From: Oopsacas minuta
Lineage: Eukaryota > Animalia > Porifera
Assembly: GCA_024704765.1 (NCBI GenBank)
Contig: JAKMXF010000221.1
Location: 124,001-188,000, forward strand
Direction of reading: 5' to 3'
Length of the DNA stretch: 64,000 nt
Part shown: positions 35,003-48,000 of the stretch, in pieces
Position numbering within the stretch: the stretch's first letter is position 1
Layout of the letters: each line of letters begins with the position of its first letter
Notes under the pieces: generated by a model
The model's database searches: none
Told to the model about the DNA's origin: nothing
The model's input: only the letters and a program-made list of their open reading frames with translations
Made by a program: the position numbers and the translations under genes

Positions 35003-36700
35003 TTAGTCCTCACCTACTAGTGCTATCAATAGTCTCTTATAGTCTCCAGATGTATCTCCCTTGATCATGGTACTAAGAGATTTCTTGTACATCTTCATAA
35101 ACTCGAGTTTTATCTCTACCATGTCCACCTCACAACGGGATACGACAATCCTGATCAAGGTGTTGTCATCTGTTCCCGCTCCTTTCATGCTACGATAGAG
35201 CCTCTCAGCAAAGAAGGCAGGAGGACTTTGTACAACCTTGACAACAGCCTGCATGCCCATTTTGAGGTCACCTGACATTTCGCGGTTGATAGAATTCGCA
35301 ATATCTCTATGAGCCACTTTCTGGTACGCGTCAAAAGTAGCTCTGAGCTGTGGGTAGCTTCTCAATGCTAGCACCCGATTGAAGCATGACTCATCAGTAC
35401 CCCATTTCTTCTCTCCGGCGTCATGCAAGTCCTTTGCTTCTTTATCCGCCATAGCTTCGTTGATTACTGACCCCTCATCTCTAGCACCTTGACACAGAGA
35501 CACTAACAAACGTTTGAAATGTCCACTGGTCTCTGACACAAGATCTTTCTCTAGGTCTCGTGAGAAAAGAGTTTTGTAATGTTGTTTGATGTTATTAACC
35601 TCGGCATTAGATTTGGTTGTTAGGATCTCTATCAAGGCCTCCTCATCTGTTCCCAATCCTTTCATAGAAGATCTCAAACATTTACAATCGTAGTCTACGG
35701 TAGGTTCAAACATGGCAACAACTGAATCCTCAAAATTCCCACTCAGCTCAGATTTTAGATCTCGTATCAGATCTTTGCCGAACATAACTTTGAACTTAGT
35801 TTTTATTTCAATCCTCTGTGAGTTGCTCCTCTTAGAGATCACGTTGATGATAGCTTTTTCATCAGTTCCCAGTCCTTTCATTGCGGTTCTTAACACTTGT
35901 GCGTCTGCCTCAGCATCGAAGGGCCGTGCAGGAACAACTGTGCCATGAGTAGATGGTGTCGATGGTGTTGCACCCATGGGAGTCGCACCATGAGGACTAG
36001 CTCCAGGCATTGGCTGTACCCCTGCTGTGTACTGTCCTCCATAACCAGTAGCAGGTGGTTGCGAGGGGTAACCAGCTGGTTGTGACGTGTAATCAGCTGG
36101 AGCTTGAGAGTATCCAGGAGCAGGAGGTTGTGCGGGATAGCCCGGAACTGGAGCCTGTGCTGGGTAACCTTGGGGTGCCTGTCCGGCATATGGTTGAGGA
36201 GCTTGTCCGGTAAATCCTTGTGGAGCTTGTCCGGCATATCCTTGTGGAGCTTGTCCGGCATATCCTTGTGGAGCTTGTCCGGAATATCCCTGAGGCATTT
36301 GACCAGGATATCCTTGTGGAGATTGCCCAGGGTATCCCTGAGCTTGAGGATATCCTGATGCTGGTCCTGGGGGTTGGGAAGGATATCCACCGGCAGGACC
36401 CTGAGGGGGGTAACCAGCTGCAGGGTATGCAGGATTGGGTTGAGGGTATCCAGACTGAGGGGGATAACCAGCAACGGGAGGAGGCTGGGCGGGGTAACCA
36501 GCAGGAACAGATTGGGGAGGGTATCCGGAAGCAGGGGGCTGTTGAGGATATCCAGGGGGGTAACCTGTGACTGGAGGTTGTCCAACAGCTGGAGGCTGTC
36601 CCGGGTACCCAGCCTGAGGTTGGCCTGGATAAGCAGGCTGCTGACCGTAATTCATAGCATAAGGGTCTTGCCCTGGGGGAGGAGGGTAACCACCATACAT
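35003..36700 (-). CDS. Annexin A7/A11-type with long GYP/Q-rich N-terminal domain
   Basis: Four annexin repeats ([16 protein letters not shown]) and an N-terminus with 8-aa QGY(A/P/S)GQAP repeats. Likely start MYGGY at 36700. Confidence 0.95.
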   Translation of the reverse strand: MYGGYPPPPGQDPYAMNYGQQPAYPGQPQAGYPGQPPAVGQPPVTGYPPGYPQQPPASGYPPQSVPAGYPAQPPPVAGYPPQSGYPQPNPAYPAAGYPPQGPAGGYPSQPPGPASGYPQAQGYPGQSPQGYPGQMPQGYSGQAPQGYAGQAPQGYAGQAPQGFTGQAPQPYAGQAPQGYPAQAPVPGYPAQPPAPGYSQAPADYTSQPAGYPSQPPATGYGGQYTAGVQPMPGASPHGATPMGATPSTPSTHGTVVPARPFDAEADAQVLRTAMKGLGTDEKAIINVISKRSNSQRIEIKTKFKVMFGKDLIRDLKSELSGNFEDSVVAMFEPTVDYDCKCLRSSMKGLGTDEEALIEILTTKSNAEVNNIKQHYKTLFSRDLEKDLVSETSGHFKRLLVSLCQGARDEGSVINEAMADKEAKDLHDAGEKKWGTDESCFNRVLALRSYPQLRATFDAYQKVAHRDIANSINREMSGDLKMGMQAVVKVVQSPPAFFAERLYRSMKGAGTDDNTLIRIVVSRCEVDMVEIKLEFMKMYKKSLSTMIKGDTSGDYKRLLIALVGED

Positions 36701-37164
36701 AGCTATTAATATAATTTTATACAAATTACTGCTACCTAATATTTAGTATGATCTCTCAGAAAACGAAAATATATCTTAAAGTGTCCTGATGCGATTAAGC
36801 GAGCCGGTTGTAATTATTATATGTAATTATTTAGTCAAAAAATAATGCCTACATTCACTATAAATCTAACTCATACATACTCCTACAATTGATAGGATAT
36901 AGTTTCATAAATGGGAGATAATTCCTGCTAGATACATAATACAATTGGAAGAATGCATGAGTTTAACCCAGGGATCAAGAGATCCAGAGAATTCTATGTT
37001 GAAGCTAACCCTATAGACAAATATTATATTAGTAACTAATAATCTAATCTAATCCTCATACAAAATATAAATATACAAATAAACTAGTAAATAGAGCACA
37101 ACAGGGGTAAATAAAGATAGTAGCTATCATAAATAGGTAGCAGAGCAGATACGTACTAAGATGC

Positions 37165-38142
37165 TCAATCTTCTCCAACCAGAGCTAACAAGAGCTTCTC
37201 GTAGTCTCCTGAACAATCACTCTTTATCATTGTACCAATACTCTTCTTATAGGTCTTCATAAACTCGTCATTGATTTGTACCATGTCGATTTCGCAGCGA
37301 GACACGATAATTCTGATCAGAGTGTCATCATCTGTCCCAGCCCCCTTCATAGAACGATAAATCCTCTCAGCGTAGAATAAGGGAGTATTCTCTACTACCT
37401 TAACCACCGCTTGCATAGATTGCTTGAGGTCTCCGGACATTTCCTTATCTATTGCTGACACTATGTCTCGCTTGGCTAACTTCCGATATTGCTCGAACGT
37501 AGCACGTAGTTGAGGAAAGCTACGTAGGGCTAGCACCTGATTGAACCGGGATTCATCTGTCCCCCATTGTCCCTCACCCGCATCATATAGATCTTGTGCT
37601 TCTTTCTCGGCTTTAGCCTCATCCACCTCTGTAACTTGATCTCTTGCACCCTGACAGAGAGATATGAGCAACCTTTTGAAATCTCCACTCAGTTCAGAAT
37701 CTATATCCTTCTCTAAATCTCTTCCGAATAATTCCTTGAATTTAGCTACAACCTCTTGCATCTGTTCATTGCTCTGAGGGACTATTATTTCAATTAGTGC
37801 CTCTTCATCTGTCCCAACACCCTTCATAGCCCTCCTCAGAGAATTGGCTTTAAAGTCAACACAAGGCACGAACAGAGACACAACTAAATTTTCAAAGTTT
37901 CCACCTAGTTCAGATTTTAAATCCTCAATGAGATCTTTCCCAAAAAGAACTTTATACTTCTGCATAATTTCCAACAGCTGTTTATTCGATCGCTTGCTAA
38001 CAACCTTAATAATGGCTTTCTCGTTTGTACCCATCCCTTTCATTGCTTTTCTCAGCACCTGGGCGTCAGACTCAGCATCAAACCCATCCACAGGGACTAC
38101 TGTACCTTGAGTGTCAACGGGGCATCCTAAAGCGCTTGCCAT
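37165..38142 (-). CDS. Short-N-terminus annexin, tandem paralogue
   Basis: Four annexin repeats ([32 protein letters not shown]); close similarity to the adjacent annexin core. Confidence 0.95.
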   Translation of the reverse strand: MASALGCPVDTQGTVVPVDGFDAESDAQVLRKAMKGMGTNEKAIIKVVSKRSNKQLLEIMQKYKVLFGKDLIEDLKSELGGNFENLVVSLFVPCVDFKANSLRRAMKGVGTDEEALIEIIVPQSNEQMQEVVAKFKELFGRDLEKDIDSELSGDFKRLLISLCQGARDQVTEVDEAKAEKEAQDLYDAGEGQWGTDESRFNQVLALRSFPQLRATFEQYRKLAKRDIVSAIDKEMSGDLKQSMQAVVKVVENTPLFYAERIYRSMKGAGTDDDTLIRIIVSRCEIDMVQINDEFMKTYKKSIGTMIKSDCSGDYEKLLLALVGED

Positions 38143-38278
38143 ATCTTTTAGTTATAGATGTAGGAAATTGAATTTGATGAATTAGTAAATGAATGGATTC
38201 TACTAAGCAAGTACATTGAAGAGCTTTTATAATTTCCTAGAATCTTGAAATCAATAGCCTCGTGATGTTTTAGAACTG

Positions 38279-38339
38279 AAAAATGGATACCTAGATCCTG
38301 ACCATGAGTTGCATGGGCTGGATCTAGGTATCCATTTTT
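38279..38339. repeat. 61-nt hairpin with a perfect 20-bp stem
   Basis: AAAAATGGATACCTAGATCC ... GGATCTAGGTATCCATTTTT, plus an inner CCATG/CATGG stem. Confidence 0.9.
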
Positions 38340-39052
38340 GAAATACGTATTATGTAAACATCATGAAACACTCAAGTGTACAGGTTATGTATTTTGAAAA
38401 TAATATATACGGTAAGCAATTAGCTATTACGACAATGATTATGATGACCTGATTTGATTATCGCTTATAATATGAAAGAGGGTTATGTGTTATTATTACA
38501 ATCTTTGCAATAGCTTAAATCACAATTAAATACTCGCCACTTATTACAATCAACACGCATAAACAACTTGTATAAACAAGTAGTTTTGGAAGGCTACAAA
38601 TTCGAATCCAGTAGTAATATATATTCAGAAAGACTTCAATTAATTCATACGTAAATAACAGTCATGTTCATTAGTCTTATGAGATAATCTAGTATTGTAC
38701 TAGACATTGTGAATAATGATATGGCTAGTGGAAAAATTCACAGTCGTTGAATATAGATGAGTTAAAACTCACGGTGAAAGACAGTCCCTGGTCCAATAAT
38801 ACTAATGAGTTAAAATCTCACGCAACGGAGCACTGATCTAAACAATATTGGTTGCAGAACCTGGTTCTTTGAAATTTAGTGAATTGTAGTATATGATGCA
38901 GAAATACTTATATAATACAACTCATGGACCTAGAATACTCCAAATAAGAATAATGTTACCAAATATGGTATCACTTGTCTAAGATAATTAATAAAATGTA
39001 TACGAAATTGATCTGACCAGTATGTGAGATTGCATGCAAGTGTTTGTAGCCA

Positions 39053-42000
39053 TCATCTGGGGTCGTTGATTCCTGTTTGTGCTCCACTACTTGTGTTATC
39101 ATTATCAGAATCTGAACTACTAGAGTCATCACTGTCATTTTGTGTTGGTAAACGACTTGCTGTCTTCTCTCTTTCTGCTTCTAACGTTTCAGCATCTTTG
39201 TCCTTAAGGTATATAATTTTATCAAATAATTCTTGCTTTTTGTGAGTTGAAAAACTGAAGAGAGGTTGTGAGTTTTTATAAAAATGGAAACAAGGGAGCT
39301 TCAGGTGTCCTTGTAACCCTCTGAGCATAGGTATCGTTTGGAGATCAACTTTCATAAAAATAATTTCTCTATTCATTCCGAGATCAGCATTGATACTATC
39401 AAATACACCCTCAAACTCTTTGGAGGCTTTAGAGCCAGAAGAAGTACACATTAATACCACCAGAGTCTTAGGAGGAGCCTTTTCTAAAATGTTCAGAGGA
39501 TTAATCCGATTTCTTATTATTGGATTAAATATATAGACTTCGGTTGCAAGATTTGATCAAATTATGTTTTCATTAATTCAACAACTAAATATTATTTTAA
39601 CTGTTACCTAGTTCCACACTGTGATCAGTTGCTGTTGTGAATACAATAGTAGGATATACCCTCCCCTCTCCAGCCAAGATTTGTCCCTTCAGTGCCGATA
39701 TTTGCACCAGAACATTACCCCCTTGACCCAAGGAACAATCTCTTAAGCTTAGAGAATGATCACTTAAGGATGTCTGTGAGAATGGTATGGAGAGGGTAAT
39801 TTCTTCAATGTTAAGCTCTGAGATTGTGCAAACTTGGGAGTAGAGTTCGTGAACCTAAGAGAGTAGGTAATTATCAAATAAAAAGTAGAGTTACATTTGT
39901 GGAGATTTGATTAAATTAGTGGAAAGATGTTAGAATTAACAATTATCGCAAACTAATACCAGTGGTTACAACAGCGGTTGTTACTGCAAGTGTAAGTTAC
40001 CGTGAGATAACAACATTGGAAGTGATTGCTTAAGATGAACGTTGTACCTATACTCTATTTGTGGAGGAATTTGGGTTTCGTGTGTGGAGCAACTTTGGCA
40101 CAGATTAGCATAATGATTATTTATCAAATTAATGAATTAACGAATTGGATGTGCCTACTAACAAAGATAGTAGTACATATGTTACCAACTACGGACAGTG
40201 AAATTTCGTACTCCTATCCATAGTAACTTATCAACTCAAGTCATACTTAATTGAAAATGCATTGAGACAAAGTAAACTTCTTCTGACAAGTGACAGGGCA
40301 TATGGCAGTGATAATGAAAATTCAGAAATTAGATCTTAAATATAAGCTAAAGGCAGTTACTCTTACAACCTGATTGATCCAATAAATTGCATTACGACAA
40401 TATGCACCTTAAAATTTTTCAGGTTTCTTCTCGAAATAGTTATTAGCACACTTTAGAGGTTATAGAAGAGCACCCGGATGTTTTGAATGACGTCAGTATT
40501 TTAGGAAATTAATTGTCGCTACTCTATATTCCATTTATTGAACCTGGTACTCAATGAGTAGTAATCCATGACACATGTACACATGAAAAGTGTAATTTGT
40601 AATTTGATGATCCTAAAAGTTATATATTACCACCCACTAGCCAAATTACGATACTACACGTATATATCATGTTGTTCTGCAAATATTCTTTGATCTAACA
40701 AGCAAGCAGGCAAAAGTAATTGATACCAATTAATTAACCAGATCATCTCAAGGATCAACCAAAGGATATATTATTGGCTGCCACCAGAATTTGCTCCTCC
40801 TACTGGTTCTAGTAACAATTAGGAAGAATTTCATTCAAATCATTTAATAATGATAATAGGAAATATAAAATTAGCAAATCACGACTATACGAGAAGAGTT
40901 AAATAACCAATTACACTCAAATAAACGCATTTCACCTGAAGCTAAGAATCTCAATCAATTCAAATGAATTTGTTAAGTTGATTCAGAGAATATACAGTAA
41001 ACATGTTTGTTAATCAAGAATAGAAGTGGTAGATATTCTGATGAAAGAATTCTATTGCGATTCGATCACACAAGTAAGTACCGAGGTTAATTGCCAAATA
41101 GTGACGAAGTTCATTAATGAATAAGAGTTGAATATCCATAATAGTTGGAAATATGAAATGTGCATACGAAAACATGCACAGCAGGACAAATTACTGAGAA
41201 CAATTAAATAATAGAATTATTTCCTATTATTATGATAAAGATGGATTGAACAAAGAGGATAAGAGAATAAAAGAATAAAAGAGATTAATATGAGTTTAAA
41301 ATGTCATAGATAATAATTTAGCGACTTTTAAAATATTCAAAATATGCAATTGCATATTATTATACAGCTACGTAATTAATTCAAAGAATAATCACACTTA
41401 ACAGACTGCTGTAGATTCACAGCTGATTGACACTTAAATGGATTAACGTGAGAGACCTTGTTGATACAACATAATTATTTGTAAGGGTAAAGTTCAATTA
41501 AATACAACAGTAAGTTTATGCGTCAATGTGTCTGTGAATTAAATATTTACATTTTTAGCTCTAGAGGTAAGAAATACTGAGAAAATAACCAATATATTAA
41601 ATGATTTAGTTTTTGAGGAGAAAGATTATAAATTAATATTAGGCAATAACTTTGAAGTACTAAATATAATACGGAATATTTCCAGGTAGATTAATATCAT
41701 GAGGAAGCTCTGCAAATCAATAATTAATCTATCACGCAAGGTTTATGTCGCTGTGTTTATGGTATCAAACAAATGTATCCCTCAGGTCTCTGGGGAAAAC
41801 AATGTGGTGGTCGCATTTTATACCCTGGGTGTATGAGGCAGATGTACATAACTTTGTATTACAAACAATTTTTTATAGAAGCGGGTAACATATCATGTCA
41901 ACTGCTTAGTCGTAGATATCTTGCTTTATGAACCATCTCCTAAGGGCAGACTAGTTTAACATAAACATTAAGCACAACAGATCCCTCTAGTTCCATCCCT

Positions 42001-45000
42001 GGAATTATTGTAAGAATTATGTTCTAATAAGATTTGATGTATAAGTATAACAAACTGATATGGGCTACAAAATTAGATATATTAGAGAATGAACTATTTG
42101 AGACAACAAAGGGAAACAAACACAGAAAGTTACAACATGAAATGGTATAAAAACAATTAAGTTATTCTGACAAGGGATGACAAGGAAGGCAGGATAGAGA
42201 TTAAGGTGTACAACCTAATTGACAGTCACTGGAGATATTTCATTGGTCTCTGGAGCTTTCGTAATCTCTGTGGTTGATCCGTCCTTCTTTTGCTTAGTCG
42301 CAGTCTCGTCAATAGTCGTCTCAGAATCCGGTTTCTCTCCACTAATACGCTCAGAACTAGCATGATATTTCTTACAGTAGTGTGAGAGGAATGTTATCGA
42401 GTTGATCCAACTATCGCGAGTAGTTTCATTAGGAGCTCGCAATTCCAAAGTGCTTGAATCTGTAGAAATGGTAAGGAGGGTTCCTTTGGAATTTTCTACT
42501 GGCTCAACTTTAATGATATCTCCTATAGAAATGGTGCCTCTGAGATTCTTCATCTTAGGAGATTTGTAGTAGTACAATTTGAAACCTTCACCTGCTTGGA
42601 AGTATCTGTTACGCCACATTCCACGAGTAAAGCTCTTTCTACCGCGTTTATGCATCCACCCATTTAGTTCTGTCATTTCAACGAACTTCTGGTGCTCAGT
42701 TTCCCTAACCTGCTTCTCTAGCTCGATATCCTCCACATGGTTTTGAGCATTCTTCAGCTCTTCCTTCGCAACGCTAAAATCTTCCTTGAGTCCTGATAAC
42801 TCTATAACCAGGATATCCTTCTCTTCAGAAATATTATTAATATTCCGTTTGCTTTCCAACAGCTGAGAACTCAATTCACTATTTCTATACTCCAGAGCTT
42901 TCAGAGCGTTGTCTTTATCAGCGATTACACCATTCAGAGAGTCAACTTGTTCGTGTAACTCCTTAGTCTCCGTTTCTTGTTCCTGCTTGTTCTGCTTGAG
43001 CTCCGATATTTGATGCTCAAGCTCGTTATTTTTCTGTATCAGCGCTGCTACCTGGGCATCTTGCTCTTTGTCTTTTTGCTTGGGAGTATCAGTCTTCCCC
43101 CATAAAACTAAAGAACGCTTCTTCTTCTTACGCTTCTCCAAGGGTGTATCAGTACTACAGCCTGAAGAGTCGGATAGGTCGTCATTACCATCTCGGACTA
43201 CGTTGTAGGCTAATGGAGTTGTAGGGACGGATACCCTGGCCTCTTCAGTTCCAGTAGCGTTCAGGACTGGAGATATTTCTCTGTCAATGGTAGTTTGAGA
43301 TACTGGAGACATAGGACCGTTGTCGTCGCCAGGAATTTGGGAATTTACAGAGATTGTATCCTCCTGTAGGCCACTTTTTTTTCGTTTCTTTATTTCTTTA
43401 CTTTTCTGCTTTTCCAATTTTGCAACTTTCTTCTGTTCCACCTTTTCGAATTTGTCCTGCTTCTTCTTCTCAGCAGCCTCCTTTTTCAAACGTTCTTTTT
43501 CAGCTTTAGCTTGTTGCTTTTTCTCTTTACCTATTAGCTTTCTTTCTGCGGAAGGAGATTCCTCTGGACTATGATTACTGATGCCTAACCATGTATCACA
43601 CATAATTTCTGGCGTTTCTTTATCTAGCAAACTTTCTAACTTTAATTTGTCCACTTTATCAACGATGGAATTGTTTTCTACATCTAAAACGACAAGAATA
43701 GGAATTTCCTCGATTTCAAATTTCTCTTTAAGCGCTTCTGTGAACTTAGAATCTGGGGGGATTATTGGAAAAGTTATGTTAGCGGTGGAAACGAATTCCA
43801 TCATGTTTTGATTGTTCACGTCGCATGAAGCTAGGAGCATACCCATACTGCATCCCTCTCGTGCTTCCATTGCATTAACAGCATTGTCAATTATCTGTAG
43901 ATAATTCTTGGAGACAGGAATCCAATTTGCAGCATAGTAGATTCCAATGAACTTTTTGCCACTCAACACTTCGAATGGAATCTGTTCATTCTCTTTATTT
44001 ACTATTTTAGTGTTTCTATTTATCCATTCAAAATAGCTTTCACCGTCACGTATTTCCAAATTGCTTGTTTCATCAGACATGATGAATATTCTCAAATTAA
44101 TAGTAATTTATTAGTCAATGCATGAACTAGTGAATATCCATATATATATACTCGAGTGATGTTCGGTCGCTAGCTAAACTGTATACCTATCATTTAGTAC
44201 GTACACGGTAGTCTATGTACATTATTGTCAATTCGGCAAAGCTAATACGTAAAGTAGCCATACAACTGAATAGTTATTGCTGAAGCTCGGAGTATTGTTT
44301 CGCCAAAAAATAGCTAAAATATCTAAAGGATTGTGTCAAATATATGAATTGAAATTCAACAGTGCCAGAATGTGATCAAGAAATCGTAAAACATTTTGTG
44401 ACTCGATTGATATTGAAAAGATTAGTAGAAATCAAATATGTAGGATAAACGGCATACTACAATTTCGCTAGGAATAAGCAACATTCCACCAAATCGATAG
44501 CCTGTTCATAGTCAAGAAATTATTAAAACGATCCAGTATTAAGCCAAATAGCGCTCAAATAATGTCAATAACTTACTAGTTGCCATATATCCAAAATATA
44601 CGTGAATCGTTAAAAATGCAATTACAGACGATGGCTTAAATATAATTAATACACAATACAATACATATGGTAAATATTCATACAAACACTCAGCATGATG
44701 TACTACGACAATGCAACATATTGTTTGCCAAGTCGTACAACACACATTATAATTCTATTGAATATATAGAATTAATATTATTGTTGCAGAAATAAGAAAA
44801 GTATAAGTATTCGATTACTCAGTATTGGAATAAATTGCATAATAGCCAAATAGCCAAAGAGTAATAAATTCCAATTGACTAAATTGTACTTACACAAAAC
44901 CAAACTAATAGTATATTACTAATCTCCAATTGTTGTTTGTCTGTGTTTGTGTAGGAAACATTTGACCAAATATAACAATGTATTAGTACTAGTACTAGCA

Positions 45001-48000
45001 CCCAATTTGCAATTGCATTTGAGCAAGCAAATAATAATCTATACTAAACGGGGGTAAAGATAATCATAAAATATTCAATTATAACATGAACTTTAAGGTG
45101 TTTCACAATTAATATTAATTATCTACTAATTGAACGCTTTGGAAACTTGAATTCATAAAAAGTTTAGTGATTCTAGTGATTTTGAAAATGAATGATCGGA
45201 CAATCGATAAGCACGTAATTTATAATCTACATGGCGCATGTTGATAGTACTTTATTTTAAATGAGTTATCACAAAAATTTTTACTATCATAAAAAAATAA
45301 TATTTATGGTGAAATGACAAAAAAGGAGATAGATTAATTCTATAGAAATTGTATAATAAACATGACTATTAATCTGAGACAGAGAAGTACGTACAGTACT
45401 TAGATCTGGGTTCACATTCACAATCAGCTGTATAGACTCCAGAATAAATATTATAAGATATTACTTTTTGTGGTTCAGGCTAGTCAAATTAAATTTTTAG
45501 TTAGTTGAAATAATGTTTATATTATGAAAGTTCAAATAATCAATAAATGAATTATGAACATACTTGCGGGATCCTCCTTGCTGTAACAACAATAAAAATG
45601 ATTAATAATTTGAACAATAAACAGCTCTCAATTTATTAACTAATCATGTAATAGGGAAATAAAATACTTCCGTCAATCATAATGAGATTGTATAACAAAT
45701 AATATACTTTCATTGAGATTATTACTACCAAGATCTTGTCTACATCAGACACTACCAAAATCTTGTCTACATCAGACAAAAAGTAATTATGGAAATGAAC
45801 AATTTCAACTCAATTTTCATAATAATTTATCACGTTGGGCAGCTATTAAGAAAATACAGAAACTCTTGTAAATATGAAATATAATGGGTGGTGGATATCC
45901 ATACTCAGATGCGTTTTTTAACTAACAAATAGTGTTAATCCAAAGTTTTGCATAACTATGATCGAATTAAAAATGTAAAATTATATAGTAATTGTGTGTA
46001 GCTAAATACTCACAGTAGCTTCTGGTAGTATCTTGATAATATTCTGAGAGCCATTAGGTAGTCGTACTCGTATGGATACATTGCCAGCATCTCCTAAGCC
46101 AATACAACTTGGTTTTGCCTGAGAATGTGTTGGGAGTTCAACAGGTGCTTGAATGCGTGTAGCTGCTGCACGGTTAGCTTGTTGATGTTTCTTATCTGAT
46201 TCCATATTCTTCATAAGATTTTCCCTAATGTAGCAGAAAGGAAATAAAGAGTAGGGACAACATTAGACGTATTGCACATACATAATTTGTAGAGAACTGA
46301 GCTATTTCCATGGCTAGACGTTAATTTGTTAAGAAAATACACTGAAAAATTCAGTAAACAAGTGTGGCCTTACGTTCTTACTAAAAGCTTATGAACTCAA
46401 TCAAATAATCAAATTAATTAATATCCTATTTAAGTGAAAATCTAATTTCATTCAGCTAAATCGCACAGGATTATATTCGTATAATTATGTATCTTAGTAT
46501 GCAATAGCAATGCATCATGAAGTCCAAGGGAAATTAAAGAATACAAGTTTAATAAATCTCACCACTAACACACGTTATGTATCTGAATACAATGATACAA
46601 TCTAATAATACGAATTAATAGCAATTAATTCGATAGCTACACAATCTTAGCACGTATCTATTACATAACTAATTACTGAATTACAACTAGGACATCAACA
46701 ACAAACATATACCTCACTATTTTAATACAAAATAAAATTTTTCATAAATAAGAAAGGTCAGAAAGGTTAAATTAACAAAACTAAAACACCTATACAAATT
46801 TAATAAGTAAGAAGGTACAGTTATATGTTCCATGCATTGTTATCGCATGATACGAATAAAATTTACATTATTTGTCTTGTGATTTATAATTAATACAGAG
46901 GAGAGTATTGTATCAGCAGTTCAGCACTAGATTAGGGTAAACAATGATAATCTCCAATAAAAACATTTCTACACAATATGATAAAGTTGTAATACTATAG
47001 CGAGGACGGGTATACACAGAGATGGGATTTGTAGTGTGTGCATGCTGTGACATCCGATCCTATTAGGCTAGGGCGTTAATCGTATTTATGACTTCAAATA
47101 AAGCTACATAATGATCTATGAATACTGCTTTTAATCAAGTTAATAATTACTTGTATAATAAAAAAGTTACAGCAAACATCACAGTATATTTTTTACCTCT
47201 TCTATGGTAAGATTAACAGGAATTCATATCACTGAATAACAGATAAACATTATGATGAGACGCATGGAAATTCAGCATCTAGCTATAATTGAATATCATA
47301 ATATATTCCATAGAATAGGAATAGTAAAATAGTTACAAACAAGATAATCATCTGTGATCAGCTGAATCGATTCATCACTGTTAATGCAGCTGTATAATTA
47401 CAAACACTGTATACTATACCAGGTAACAAATACCTAGTAAAGATATGTGAGTATTGATAGAGCAACACAAGTATATGTTAATCTTTAGTGGTAAGGTTAA
47501 TCATCAACAATAAATTTACAGGATAAAAGCTTTACTACTATTATCAGATAAATATCTTAAGATAGTAATTTGTCGATGTTATTAAATTCAGCATGTGTAT
47601 GTAATGTGCTAAATCTAGGAACAAGTTCTAAGATCTAAGCGATCTCTCAAAACTCTCTGAGATAGGTGTCAAAATGTATCCAGCCGCGAGTGCAAATAAG
47701 CGAAGCTTGCTTGTATTATCTAATTACGTAGTCGTGAAAAATATTAAATGAAAGTATTAAAAAACAATAAAGGCGGAAATTGGAATCGGACATTTCGTTA
47801 CTGCAGATATACAAATATAGAAAGTTACAAAACTCATTCTGAAATATATACATGTTATTAATTCATGAATGTTTATTCGTTTTGGATATATTCTCGATAA
47901 ATTACATAATACAGATAAGAATTGATGATAAATACGTTTTGGGAGATGTAAGACCAAATCTAGTCTGTTTAATCATTATAATTATCTAAGAATATTACAG

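Noticed and set aside
35890-36709. Long alternative-frame and antisense ORFs over the annexin N-terminus (231, 116, 111, 84 aa)
   Set aside because: Shadows of low-complexity GYPQ codons that lack stops; no independent protein features.
38750-38840. ATGAGTTAAAA..TCACG direct repeat ending in CTGA as a C/D snoRNA
   Set aside because: No proper RUGAUGA box C, no terminal stem and no recognisable rRNA antisense element.
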